The position numbers and the translations under genes were made by a program. Below, piece after piece: positions 1-13,767 of a DNA stretch of 64,000 nucleotides (positions are counted from its first letter, which is position 1; each line of letters opens with the position of its first letter). Source of the stretch: Gekko japonicus. Taxonomy: Eukaryota. Below the pieces are notes generated by a model. That model had not been told where the DNA came from. It made no database searches and saw only the letters and a list, made by a program, of their open reading frames with translations. The stretch spans positions 83,959 through 147,958 of the forward strand of contig NW_015160223.1 of the NCBI RefSeq assembly GCF_001447785.1, read 5' to 3'.

Positions 1-975
1 CTGGAGCCGCACAGGGTCCATTTGGCTCCGCGGGCGAGCCAAAATCTGCTCGCCACCTAAACAGGGTCGGGGTGGTATATTCAGACGGGCCCTCAGGGCA
101 TGGTGATCCGACCATGATACTGCCGAAGCAGTAATCCGGTCCACCACCGCAAGGCTTCCTTTTGGCTTTGCGGGGGAGCCAAAATCTGCTCGCCCCCTAA
201 ACAGGGTCGGGGTGGTATATTCAGACGGGCCCTCAGGCCATGGTGATCCGACCATGGTACTGCCGAAGCAGTAATCCGGTCCACCGTCACTCCCGCAGCA
301 AAGATCAAATCGAGCGTGTGTCCGCCCCGATGCGTGGGGGCCGAAACGACCTGGGAGAGTCCCAGTGCCTCCATGGACGACACTAGGTCCATAGCCCGGC
401 TGGAGGCCGCGTCCTCGGCATGGACGTTGAAGTCACCCAAGATCACCAGCCTTGGGTGCTCCAGCGCCCAGCCTAAAACGGCCTCCAGCAGGGATGGTAG
501 GCTATCGGCCGGTGCGTTAGGTGGTCGGTACACCAGCCAAATCGCCAAACTCTCCTCAGCCTCCATCATCACGCCGACACACTCTATGCCCATGATCTCT
601 ACCTGCGGGAGCGCCCTGACGGAGTAAGCCTCCCGAATGAAGAGCGCCACTCCTCCCCCCCGCCCTCTCATCTGTGACTGGTGAAAGACCGAGAAACCTG
701 GGGGAGCAAGTTGGGCGAGTGCCACAGTCTCTCCCTCCTGCACCCAGGTCTCGGTCACGCATGCCAGGTCTGCTCGCTGTTCTAGCACGAAATCCCGCAG
801 GATTTCGGCTTTGTTGTTAATAGACCTGGCATTGCATAACACCAGTGACGGAGGAGGGTTCTTAATCCCGGCCCCACTGCCTGTCATCCTTGGGATGGGT
901 CGAAGGCTGGAAGGGCGCCGAGCCGCTCTATTTCTCTGTGCCCTTCGCTCTAAACTCTGCCTAGACCCACCGCCA
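1..975 (-). mobile_element. L2-clade LINE fragment, ORF2 apurinic-like endonuclease domain (runs off window start)
   Basis: ORF 93-1220 contains LVLCNARSINNK, ACVTETW, RGGGVALF, LVYRPP, ILGDFNVH, PTHRGGHTLDLIF and WSDH, the APE motifs of L2/CR1-group ORF2. Contains a 140-bp-offset duplication (21-145 / 161-285). Confidence 0.85.
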
Positions 976-1029
976 TACTTCCCTCTCCCCAAGAGCACTG
1001 GAATTTGTTGTTCCTCCATCATTCCAACA

Positions 1030-1775
1030 GACTCCGCAAATACCTCCTCCCACACACCCAGTGACTGCTGCTCCATACCCAGAAGATGGCAAAAAACCTC
1101 CAGGATCTCCAGCCAAACTGGCCTGGAGAAAAACTGCTTCCTGACCCCAAAGTGGCAATCAGCATTTCCCTGGCCGTGCACGAAAGGGCCACAAGCACTA
1201 ATGCAACCCTTCCTGCCCACCCTCTCATGATCTGCCTAAGTTCACAGAATCAGCATTGCTGTCAGATGGCCATCTAGCCTCTGTTTGAAAACCTCCAAAG
1301 AAGGAGAGCCCACCACCTCCCGAAGAAGCCTGTTGTACTGAGGAAGAAGAAGAAAAGATTGGATTTATACCCCGCCCTTCACTTGGAGTCTCAGAGCGGC
1401 TTACAAATTCCTTTCCCTTCCCCTCCCCACAACAGACATCCTGTGAGGTAGGTGGGGCTGAGAGAGCTCTGAGAAAACTGCCCTTTCAAGAGCAGCTCTG
1501 CCAGAACTATGGCTTGCCCAAAGTCATCCAGCAGCTGCAAGTGGAGGTGTGGGGAATCAAACCCGATTCTCCCAGATTAGAGCCCATGCACACCAAACTG
1601 GCTCTCTGAGGAACTGCTCTGTCAGGAAGTTCTTCCTAATGTTTAGCCGAAAACTCTTCTGATTTAATTTCCACTCCCTAGTTCTGGTCCGACTTTCTGG
1701 GGCAACAGAAAACAACTCCATACCATCCTCTATATCATAGCACCTCTCAGTCGTCTCCTCTCTAGGCTAAACATA
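1030..1775 (-). mobile_element. CR1 LINE 3' fragment, interrupted by a SINE
   Basis: gatggccatctagcctctgtttgaaaacctcc...gtcaggaagttcttcctaatgtttag matches the reverse complement of the CR1 ORF2 end/3'UTR. The sequence resumes after the SINE. Confidence 0.7.
1346..1605 (-). mobile_element. tRNA-derived CORE SINE (Squam3-like) with TSD
   Basis: (TTC)n tail, L2-type 3' stem, B-box-like gggtttgattcccc. TSD CTGAGGAA at 1338-1345 and 1606-1613. Homologous to the copies at 28582, 44464 and 62089. Confidence 0.9.
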
Positions 1776-2256
1776 CCTGCCTTCGTGTAATAAATTCATT
1801 ATGACAAGAATGTTTTTACCTGTCCACACAATTACTATAGTGCTTGGCCCCTTAGGAGACTAGTATGTAGGGTTTTAAAAATGGCCAGACTAGAAAACAG
1901 CAACTCAAACTGACAGTTCTTTTGGATCATTAGTAGTGAACCCATCAAAGAATGTGGGTTGGAAATGTGGTCACATGGGTATGCTGCAGCTGAATGCCAG
2001 CACCACATTCCCTTCCATCTTTCTTTGCCTGTCTTCCCTGCTCTCTCCACCCAAGCCAACCTCACCTCTACCCACTGTCTCATCTGCATCCTTACATTAG
2101 TAGCCTATATCTTCTCTGGCTTTCAGTTATATTTACATGTCACTCATCCTTGGTCCATATTAGTTAAGTGCCCAGGACATATCTCAGAAAATACAGGTCT
2201 TCATCCCTGAGCCCTGTATTATCACCTAGCTATGATTCCAAACAGTAGCTATGGTA

Positions 2257-2480
2257 GAGCTAGTGTTGTATAATCGTTAGCATATCAAACTAGGATCTGG
2301 GAGACTCATGTTTGAAATCCCACTGTGCTGTACAAGGTCACTGGTGGACTTTAGGCCACTTGCACTCTCCCAGCCTAACTAACCACACATGCTCACTATG
2401 AAGATAAAACAGAGGCAGGGAGAACCATGTACATCACCTTGAACTCATTGGAGACAGGGTGGGATAAAGCTGCACTAAAC
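2257..2480 (+). mobile_element. Old CORE-SINE (MIR/Ther1- or Squam3-related)
   Basis: Degenerate tRNA head (gtgttgtataatcgttag...gtttgaaatccc), core-like ctctcccagcctaactaacc, L2-like tail. Confidence 0.6.
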
Positions 2481-5400
2481 TATGTATTATGCAATTCTGT
2501 TTCTCCTCAAGTCTCTCTCAACTCTTGCCTCCAGGTCTGTTAAACTTTGTCCCTTTCTTTTTTTGAAGAGGTATTAGTAGCTACACATGAACAGGACTGG
2601 AGGGAAAGTGGTGGCTAGTGTAATTACTGCAGTTATCATAGCAACACCAAGATCTTCCTGAAACACGGAAAGCAGTGCTATTTCCCTATGCAGCTTCCAG
2701 GTGAAAGAGGCATTTGAGTGGTGGGGACCTCTCTCCTACATGAAAGCTTGCAGGTTCCTCAACAGCCTGTTCACAGGAGGAGACAATCTTCAACACACAA
2801 GCCAAACAGCAGTGCCCCAGACCATTTTGCTCAGCATGAAGGGCTGGATCTTCTCCCACAAAACCAAGATTAGCCCTTGAACGCTGGCTCAGCTTGGTCC
2901 CACTGTGCCTGGCCAAGCACAACTTTCATCTCTCCCCTTCTCTTGTATTTGCTGGCACACCAATGTCTACATACAATGACAGGGGTTTGGTACTGAGGCT
3001 AAGGTTTACCTACCCTTGCAACATGTAGGGGAAGGAGATGAAATCACCCTTTCTGCTTCTTCCATCAGTGAAACTGCACCAACAGAAAATAGAGGAGAGA
3101 GCAATTATGCCCCCTTCCCCCCACACACACACTCATGTACCTATTACTCCACACAAGTCTTGTGTGACCCTGGAAATCAGTATTTCCAAGGGCCAGAAAG
3201 GGCTGCTGTGGAACACAGGCAAACTCTGTGATCCTTGGACTACCTAGATATCACTGGATTCAACACACTAAAGTACCCACACAATATCTTAACTATAAGA
3301 ACACAAAGGTGACAAACAAAATAGCTATGAACTATTTCTTGATAAAATGTCCAGATTGAACATATGCAATAGCAGAAAGGCACCAATCCAACTGAAGGGG
3401 AAGGGATTAAAGCCTTCTAATTGTCCTAAATTATCTTACTCAGATAACCAGCTGTGCTTATTATTTTCAAGGGTTTAAAGAAAGAATGAAGTGATATGAA
3501 TGAGATTTGGAAAGCAACGAGACAATGAGCAGCAGAGAGAAAAAATTTGCTCTGTTTACACTGGGAGCTGGTGTTTCTGGATAAACGGAATGGCGCCACT
3601 GACTGTAATGGCTTGTATTCCACAACACTGTCTCAGATTATTTTTGCATATGAAGTGTGCCATCCCCTATACAGGAAAAACCAGTGGCCAAACTTTTTTC
3701 ATATAAAAAGTTGATTTCATCTGAAACCACAGTTATGGGCTGGAATCCTTTACTGAGGGCAGGATGGGACAGACTGTGAATATAGCAGGTACTCAACTGT
3801 TTGTGTATTCATATTTTATTAAAAATTTATATATGTATATACACACACACTTTATTTTAAACATTTTTAATTTTGAAATGTTTGATGTTCACCACCTTGG
3901 GGACCATTCTGGGATAGAAAGGCAGCACAGAAATGTTTTACATGAACAAAAATGAATAAACTGTTTTGAGCACACGTTCCCACAGCTATAGAGGCAAGCA
4001 GCTGCACAAACTAAAAAGTGGCCTGCTTGCTCAGCTACAGGAAACACAGGGCCAAAAACCAATACTCTTGCTGCACTTAAGTTCTCTCTCCTACATACGT
4101 ATCTCTGGATCTCTTGCTTATTTAGAATACATGCAAAAATTTATGTCCAAAGGCAAGTGCATTTTGTCATAGCCTCTGCATTGACTGTTTGGACATATGA
4201 TATAGAATTTAATGGAACAGTTTGGGTCCATGAAGTGTTTTGTTGATGTTTTTTAAAAAGTATCCTATTTCCTCAGTATGCAGTATAAGGAAATAAAACA
4301 GGGATAAAAGCAGGACTAAATAGTAGCAAGTAAGAGAACCGTTAGCTCCTATCTGCAAAAAACCCCTACCAGCACACAAGCCTACCTACCCTTTCTTGAT
4401 TAACTTATTTCTCCAATATAACCTTTGTGTGGGATACAACACTGCATACCATTTTTTCAGTCATATTAGTGTATCCTAATACTGGTATGTAATCTCTAGT
4501 CATAGCCCAGGACAAACACTTGCCATATGCTAGCTATGGCAAGGATTATTTTGTATTTTAAAAAAGGTACATAGGCTACCATAGCTGCATTCCAACTCCC
4601 CTACCAGGACAAAGAATCCTTCAAGCTTATTGGTTCACTTAGAAAGAGACTGAAATGGCAAAAAGATGAGAAATTGTACACAGGTCACTTTACTTCTACA
4701 GTGCTTTTCTCTGATTTGGTTTGGAGTCACTGAATCACAAGCACGGGCTTGTGACACACAGTGAACTTACTTAAGCAGAGGAAATTATATTATATAGGAG
4801 TACCACCATGCTCTTCTGTTCTGCAGAAATGGCTAGAGCAACACCTTTTCACCATGGTTTCCTCTGAATTGTATTTTACAAAATGAGTAAGTAGTAGGGT
4901 TGACACTATTTAGAAGTCTGCCTAATGGTTTACTGATTGTGTGTCTAGGTTCTTCCCTTGAATTATGCTTGCTGCTGCAAAATAAACTCTGGTCTGATGC
5001 AGACTCAAGAAAGCTACCAGAGGCTGAATGTAGGACAAAAGGTTATTTCTGATACCACATGACTGCCATTCTGTTCAACCATGTACTCAAGATTCTGAAG
5101 TCACTGCTTTGTTTTGACTGATAAACAAATCCTTAAGTCTCCCCCTTTTCCCACCCAGAACAAATAGAACACAGAGAAAGAAGTGTACTAGGATTTAGGT
5201 AGCCAATATGAAATAATTTACTCACAAGGTGATAAAACTTGATCTACGCTATTTCCCCACAGTCCTCCAACAATCTTAACTACTGCTTAACAACACTGTT
5301 TGGTCCTTTCATGATAGAATGGGATAATGTCCAACAATAGGAAACTTTTATGAAGCTGAATCTATTTGGAAAATGAATTAGGGCATTAATACAATTAATA

Positions 5401-7229
5401 TAAAGGGTTTTAGCAAAATGTCCTCCCACTGGTAAAAATAGTAGCTGCAGGACTGAGTATTGTTGGATGAGTATACATATTTTCTTTGATCCTCTGCTTC
5501 CAAGCACAATGATCTTATCCCTTTCACTGGTATGATGGTTGGCTGGCTTGACAGCCCGCAAAAGCAGCAGTACTCCCCATTCTGTTTCTAAAAAGGGCAC
5601 CATGCCAGAGACAAAATAGCAAGCCATACACACCGTTATTTTTCCTTCCCTCTCAGTTTTTTTAATGTATCTCATATCCATGATCGTATTTGGCAGCGCA
5701 GACAAGAATACATCATCATTTTGAAATGGTTAAAAAAATCAGATGCCTCAAACAAAGACACCACTATGTTGACTTTTTTAAAAATGCTACATATATATGC
5801 TCTTACAAAGATATTGTTACTATGGAATTATTTTAAATATTTCCTGAAGGCTAGGTGTATCCTAACATTTGTACAAGCAGAATAAATATTAATACTTCTT
5901 ATCTATATACTATTATCCACTTGTGGCCCTCACCTACAGATAGCTAAATCTGTGGATTGGGTCCACATGGAGGCTAAAGAGTGTTTTTTGCAAACTTGGG
6001 GAACTTCCCAGGCTTGCAGAAAAATCTGGAATCAAAATTAAAACATATGGAGGGGTTAAATCCACCCCCCACAAACACAGCTGTATTCTCTGTGCATGCA
6101 CAGAAAATGCAGGGAGACACTCCAGCTAAGCAATAGCGGATGCCAGCAGCTGCTTCAGGCTAGTAGCTGCTCCGGGCCTAGCAGCAGTGAAAGCTGGCAG
6201 CTGCTGTGGGCCTGGAGGAGAGGAAAATAATGTAAGATGCTTTTGGTCCCCACTGGAGAGAAAGACAGGGTATAAATGAAATGAATAAATAAATAAAACA
6301 AATAAACTACACCATATACACATGTATGAACCCCAGGGCTGTTTCTTCTAGACTAATAAGCTTTAGGAAAGGCTTATTTGCAGCACAAAAGCAGTAGAGG
6401 GCCGAATGCTTAACCTTCCCCCACCTGTTGTTTTCCCACTGAGACCTCCCACAGCTGCCTTTCCCTTCACAAGTTTCCAGACATGCGTTTTGCAAGGTAA
6501 ACATGTATCTGGAATCCCACAAAGCAAAGTGGTGGTGGGATGGGAGGAGAAACTGCAGCAAAAAAAGAGGTGCGTGTGGGAAGGGTCTCCATCACTTTTC
6601 TGCTCATCTTTGCCCCCTCTTAAAGCTGGTCATAACTAGCTATCCAATTCAGACACAGTGTGGCCTACAGACTGCCTACCCGCCCTGACAACTTCTGCTG
6701 TTCGTTATTTTACGCAGAGCACTGAAGCTTCTGATAGTTGACTGTCTTTGTTTAGCTCCCCTCAACTCCACTGCCTTAGAAATACAGGCCAGTCCCACCT
6801 CCCTATTACATCAAGGACAGATAAATCTCAGCCATCAGGTCCCTGCGGCACCCAGAAATTTCACTGTGGTGCCTAGTATTTCCAACAATTCTCAGTGAGA
6901 CTACAAAGGGCTGGATCAAATCAGTTTTAACACTGCTGATAAAGGGAAGAGAGGGTTCCTTTTGACCACTAAAAGGGCTATGTTTGGGATTATGGGATCA
7001 GCATGAACAAAAGCCATGTGGAATGGGAGTAATAAGGGAAGGAATTCACCAAGATTGAGCAAAAAAATCTGACTGGATCCAACCCAAAGGTTTATCAATT
7101 CACATCAGAATATTTCGTTGTATGACAAAAGTAAGTGTGCATGAAGTTCTTGTCACTGCTGGTTTGTAGGTAAACCTAGCACCAATGGCAACAGATGTAC
7201 TTATTTCTTAAGCAGTTGCTTTCTGAAGT

Positions 7230-7440
7230 TTTTATCCAACCTTTCCTTCAAGGCATTTCAAGACAGCATATATGGTTCTTGGTTCTCCCCTCCTTCACTT
7301 CATAGTCACAACAACCATGCAAGGTAGATTAGGCTGACACTGTGAGACTAGGTCACTCACTAAGCTATAGACATGAAGGGATTTAAAGCCAGGGTTCCCC
7401 TTATCCTACTATGACACTCTAACCCACTATACCACATTGG
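7230..7440 (-). mobile_element. Old CORE-SINE
   Basis: cacaacaaccatgcaaggtagattaggctga...ctctaacccactataccaca is the reverse of the CORE and tRNA head. Confidence 0.55.
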
Positions 7441-7756
7441 CCCTAGCTTAATGTCTAAGTGTGAAAAATGGACATTTCCCCCTGAAGCCTGTAGTAAGTT
7501 TACATGAATCAGATGTCTGAACTCCTATTCCATTTCAGTTGCCTAGTTTTGCTTCCAAAATGTTAATCTTTTCCAAAGAATTTCAAAGATGGGAATGTTC
7601 TAATTAAAACAGAAAATGCTGAACTATAGACAGAAAATACAGAGAAGGGGAAAAAACTAAGACAACCATGATTTCAGAGAAAAGAACTTCCATATGAATT
7701 GGCACAGGGTGCATGACATGCAAAAGCTGTGTATGAAGATAGGAAACTGATACTTA

Positions 7757-8857
<1,101 letters not shown>

Positions 8858-9554
8858 TCAACAATTCAGCAACAGTGCAGACACTATACTACAACACCAT
8901 CTCTCTTCTGTACCAACTGACCAGAAAAGGCAAGTTTTGTAACCTCGCTAAGAACATCCTGAACCTAAATCTTTAACCACAGCTTGACTGCAAATAACTG
9001 TCCAAGCATTACACTGCACAGTTTTCAAGTCCAGCATAGCAATATCATGTTCTTGATTACTCTCACGGGGACACACACACACAAAGATGGAGAGATGAAA
9101 CATGAAGTATGGCAATAATTACAGATACACTTACTGTTGTAGGGAAGAGGAAATGCGCACCACTTTCTTTTTAGAAGAGGCTTGTAAACAGTCAGATGCC
9201 TAATTGTAAGTATCTTGAACTACATGAGACTCATCAAGACAATATTTGCTTTCAAGTACAACTTCTCAAAAATCTACTCCTTGTGGGAAGAAGGAAAACA
9301 TGAATTTAAGTTATTCCCCACATATGGGGCACACTATCATATTGTGAAAGGGACACTACATTCAACCAAGCAGCATCAGTTTAGTTTGCAGTAGTCCTTG
9401 GTGCAGGGGCTAATCTTCTCTGACTGGAGATTTTATTTTTACTGTTACTTTTTTATTTCAGTTATTGTGTGCTGTTAGAAGGAAATCTTCAAAAATCTGT
9501 CATGGAAGTCAGTCTGCTACTTTTGGATACAAACTGGAAACCAACCTCCTAAGA

Positions 9555-9967
9555 CAGGGGAGTCGAACTAATTTGTTATGAGGGCCGGATCCGACATAAA
9601 TGAGACCTTGTTGGGCCGGGCCATGTGTGTCATAAAATGTAATGCCAGGTAGCGGAGATATAAACTTTATAAAAGACATAAACACAAAGGGTTTTTTTAA
9701 CTTAAAATAAAAACATGCTTAAAACATTAGCTCTGTAAGCTGCAAACCTACTTTTGATTTATTGACATTCACCACAGAAATCTCAGAGTTCTGAGTCTAG
9801 GATCCAGGTTAAAACATGAAATGGGTGAGTGATTAATAGAGTCTGGCAAAGCAAGCTATGATGCAGCAGCAGAACGGGAAGCAGGAGATGGCCAGTTCCA
9901 CTGCGGGCCTGATGTAAACCCTCCGGGGGCCTGATCTGGCCCCCGGGCCACATGTTTGACACCCTAG
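9555..9967 (+). mobile_element. Non-autonomous hAT (Charlie-like) DNA transposon
   Basis: Imperfect TIRs CAGGGGAGTCGAAC...GTTTGACACCCTAG; 8-bp TSD TCCTAAGA (9547-9554) / TCTTAAGA (9968-9975). A second copy lies at 19341-19622. Confidence 0.8.
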
Positions 9968-12240
9968 TCTTAAGACTCCTAGAAAGAAGAAAGACAACAC
10001 AAATACAGCCCCCTCCTTGCCCCTAGAGTTTGCATATTTGCTTGTTATTTGCACCTTTGATGGGGCAGGGGGTAACATAGTTGTGCTAAGAATTCAGTGG
10101 AAGAAAAGGAACTTCCCACATATGAAAACCTGAACTTTAAAAATTGAAATTCCAAGCTAGTAGTATTTTTGCATGGCACCACAGCATCATCAATTCAGAC
10201 ATGACTGACTATCAGGGGTGAGACCCCTTGCATAGCATATTCTTAGTTTTGTGGCTAACTTCCCATTTTAAATGGTGTCCCATTCATTCAGAGTCCTGTT
10301 GACAGTACTTCTATGAAGACTGCAAATTTCTGAATCCTTTCTATCCAAACAAAGTAATCTGCAAGCAACAGGACATATAAAATATTATTCAGAGACTGAT
10401 GACAAGCTTCTATTTATGGCATCACTGATAATGCCCCATAAGTTTACCCTCATTTACTCAGGATAAAGAATGGAAATGAATAGAACTATGGGAAAATGCA
10501 TCAGCTTACTAGAAGCTGATTTCTGAGTCAAGAGGCACTTCACATTTTTCCCAGGCCTAGAACAGGAAGAACAGCACACACAGATTCTTGAGCAAGATGG
10601 CAACAGACTGACATACTAAAACTTGCCCTCAAGTTTAAAAGAATTTGCTAATGACACCATCACATGTGATGAAAGAAGGGACATTTCTGCAAATGTAGCA
10701 CCTTTGCAGGATTCCAAATGACCTCATTTAAACCAGTGATGATGCATATAAGCCAGAGAAAGTTATGCACACTTTGAACATCTGACTGCATGCATGAACT
10801 TTCCTGGACTGCGTGTCACAAAAATGTGGCTTGCATAGCAACAGGCACACACAAACACTCACATGTTTCACTAATGAGTTACCTGAAAAGCAAGGCATTT
10901 CTTAAAGCCTTCCAGCATATGGCTGAAATTAAACATGGCCAGGAAACAAGAAAGCATTACAGGATAAAAGTATGCTTGATCCAACAGCAACCATTTCAAA
11001 ATCCTGAATACAACTGACAACTACTGTGAGAAACACATTGCAAAATAGGAAACTGCCTATTACTGAAAAAAATGAACTTCCTACACATTGTTAGTCCAGT
11101 GTTCAGCCGGCTAACCTAATATCAACATCACACCAAGAATGCTGACCCTTGTTTTTCCAACACTGTTAGATTAGAGCTCACACAAGGGCTCTTTCTATAT
11201 GCTGTACTTCTTCCCAAGTCAAACAGAACACGACCATGTCTAATCTACTATTAATCCATTTGTTCAAGCTGCCTCAACAGTCTGAGCCTAAATGACAGCA
11301 TCTAGGGGAACCAATCAACAGTTTCCCACCACCCCTAACCACTAAATGCAAATTTTTAAACTCTTAACAAAACTCAAATGTAGATAAACCAGTTGAACAT
11401 CTAGAAAACTCTTTTTAAAGATACTACTCTGCTGTATAAACCAAGCAAAAATCAAACAGCAAGGTTTTAGCCTCTCTACGTATTCAAGGACAGATTAGAA
11501 TAGCAGCAGCGCGTATGGGTTTTCTCTGTGTTGTTGCCAAAGGCTCAAATATTGAATATCCTTTCCAACAGTTTACTTCAACTTCATGCCTAAGACAGTA
11601 AAAACCAGTAGTGGGGAAATTAAGGCTAAAAGAGCTGTTACCTGAAACTGAGAACATGAAAGTACATCTGTCCCCAAGAATAAACGCTGTACTAAAAACA
11701 TGCTATCAAGTTTCAAAGCACAGCCACTGCACAAGTTTCAGTAAAGCACTTTTATCAGCATCCAGGAAACTGCCATAACTCCCACCCCGTCTTGCCTGCA
11801 AGTGAAGTCAGATGCCACATCATCAGCATTTATTCTTTGTAAGACTGATTTAAGTATGCTTTTAGTACATATGATAATTTGATGTGACCGATTTTTTCGC
11901 TGATTTAAGTATGCTTTTAGTACATATGAACACATCAAATTATTTTGCTGTGACCGATTTTTTCAGCCATGTCAACAACAATGCAAGTTCACACTAGCCC
12001 CTCATCTAGTTCCAATGAATCTGAGGGTGTGATCTCAACAGTTGGGAGAGCGTTAGACTGAAGAAGTTCTTTATTTCCGGATGTAGTGACCTAGATAGCA
12101 TCACAGCCAGAACTGCATCACCATGACTGATTTCTGGAGTGCCCAGTCACAAAATTAACATACAGAACCGGCAACAATTGCTCACTGAACACTAGGCTTT
12201 TTGTTTGATCCAGCATAATAAATACACATAACTATGATCT

Positions 12241-12332
12241 AACAATGCAGTCCTAAGCACAGTTATACTTTTCTAAATCCACTGACTTCACTGAATTCAG
12301 AAAGGTGTAATTCTGCTTAAGACTACACTGTT
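12241..12332. repeat. ~90-bp palindromic MITE-like repeat
   Basis: aacaatgcagtcctaagcacagttatac...ggtgtaattctgcttaagactacactgtt folds on itself. Related copies at ~38185, ~47564 and ~63450. Confidence 0.65.
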
Positions 12333-12379
12333 TATATTCAACTGCAGTTTGCTTTAAGAGCTAACCACTATGCTACGAC

Positions 12380-12592
12380 AAGCTGTGATGAGGATAGTCT
12401 TTCATTTTAGTCTCAGTCCTGCCAGACTTTATTAAGTAGCCTTATGCATATTACTCAGCCTCAGTTCTTCTGCCCACACACACAGTCTGTAATACTGGCT
12501 TACTTCACAGTGGGGTTGTTGTAAAGCATAGTGAACATGTTTGTCAAACACTTTGAACACTGAAAGCTCCATATAAACGCCAAGCATCATCA
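12380..12592 (+). mobile_element. Old MIR-like CORE-SINE
   Basis: ctcagcctcagttc...taatactggcttacttcacagtggggttgttgtaaag...gtcaaacactttgaacact...tataaacgccaagcatcatc resembles a MIR core and tail. Confidence 0.55.
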
Positions 12593-13336
12593 CTGAGACA
12601 AAGCGTATAGGTCTCTATGCACATCCCTCTGATGTTGCGGGGGACCAAGAGGAACAGGAGCTCGATATCAGAAAATTTCAGCAGTGTGTTTAAGATTGAT
12701 CTTGTATGGCTCCCACAACAGAACACATGGTCTTTCAGGAAAATATTCATTAGGTGTAAGACCTCATCCTAATTATTTCAGATAGAGATTTCAAGAATGA
12801 ACCAAGTCTAGTTATTTCCACAGTAGAAAGCAGCATTAAGAATAGTTACAGACCTTGGATTTAGTTTAGCCAGTAGACCAGCTGTCCTTCTGCTCACACT
12901 AAAGGAGATTCCTGAATTATCCTCTGAACACAGTGGCAAGAATATATGCTTTCAGTCAAAGCACGATCATACTTAACATTTGAACCAACAATGCTATAAT
13001 TTTACAAACTGTCTGATGTACAAAACTCTAACTGTAAGCAAAGTATTTACTCATGGGGTTACCAAGAAATCCAACACCTCAGTTCCAAGCAGCTCATCAG
13101 TCAACCTTTTGTGCAGTGTCGCACTACTTCCGAAAGGCTACATATTTCTAAATAGAACTAACGCCAAATGCCAGAGATGTCTTTAGTTCACCGGTGGTTT
13201 TAAAAGGAAAGTCAAGTACACATCAACACAACACTCTAGTTCAGGCCCACAAAACTACAGGCTCCTAGAAAAACACATACATAGATTAACAAAGTTAGAA
13301 CCATTGAAGGAAACCCTATCAGCCTTAGTCACTCAC

Positions 13337-13469
13337 GAGCCAGATACCACTCGCCACAACGACGCAGACATTGGAAAGAGATTAGATAATGGGAATCCTG
13401 CTGTCTCCCAAAAAATGGACGGGGAAAAGTGACCACACACGTTAAGTCATCTTGAGTTTGTTGGGGGGG
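13337..13469 (-). other. HIPK1: Candidate HIPK1 non-coding first exon (3' part; 5' part lies in the gap)
   Basis: Donor CTC|GTGAGT at 13336-13331 directly downstream of the CpG island and gap. The coding exon has only 2 nt of UTR after its acceptor, so an upstream exon is required. Confidence 0.6.
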
Positions 13470-13767
13470 NNNNNNNNNNNNNNNNNNNNNNNNNNNNNNN
13501 NNNNNNNNNNNNNNNNNNNNNNNNNNNNNNNNNNNNNNNNNNNNNNNNNNNNNNNNNNNNNNNNNNNNNNNNNNNNNNNNNNNNNNNNNNNNNNNNNNNN
13601 NNNNNNNNNNNNNNNNNNNNNNNNNNNNNNNNNNNNNNNNNNNNNNNNNNNNNNNNNNNNNNNNNNNNNNNNNNNNNNNNNNNNNNNNNNNNNNNNNNNN
13701 NNNNNNNNNNNNNNNNNNNNNNNNNNNNNNNNNNNNNNNNNNNNNNNNNNNNNNNNNNNNNNNNNNN
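13470..13767. other. Assembly gap (N run) within the GC-rich HIPK1 5' region
   Basis: N run. Confidence 1.

Noticed and set aside
93-1220. 375-aa ORF as a host or domesticated gene
   Set aside because: Chance read-through from CR1 3'UTR into an L2 endonuclease fragment; ends in a local duplication; intronic to HIPK1.
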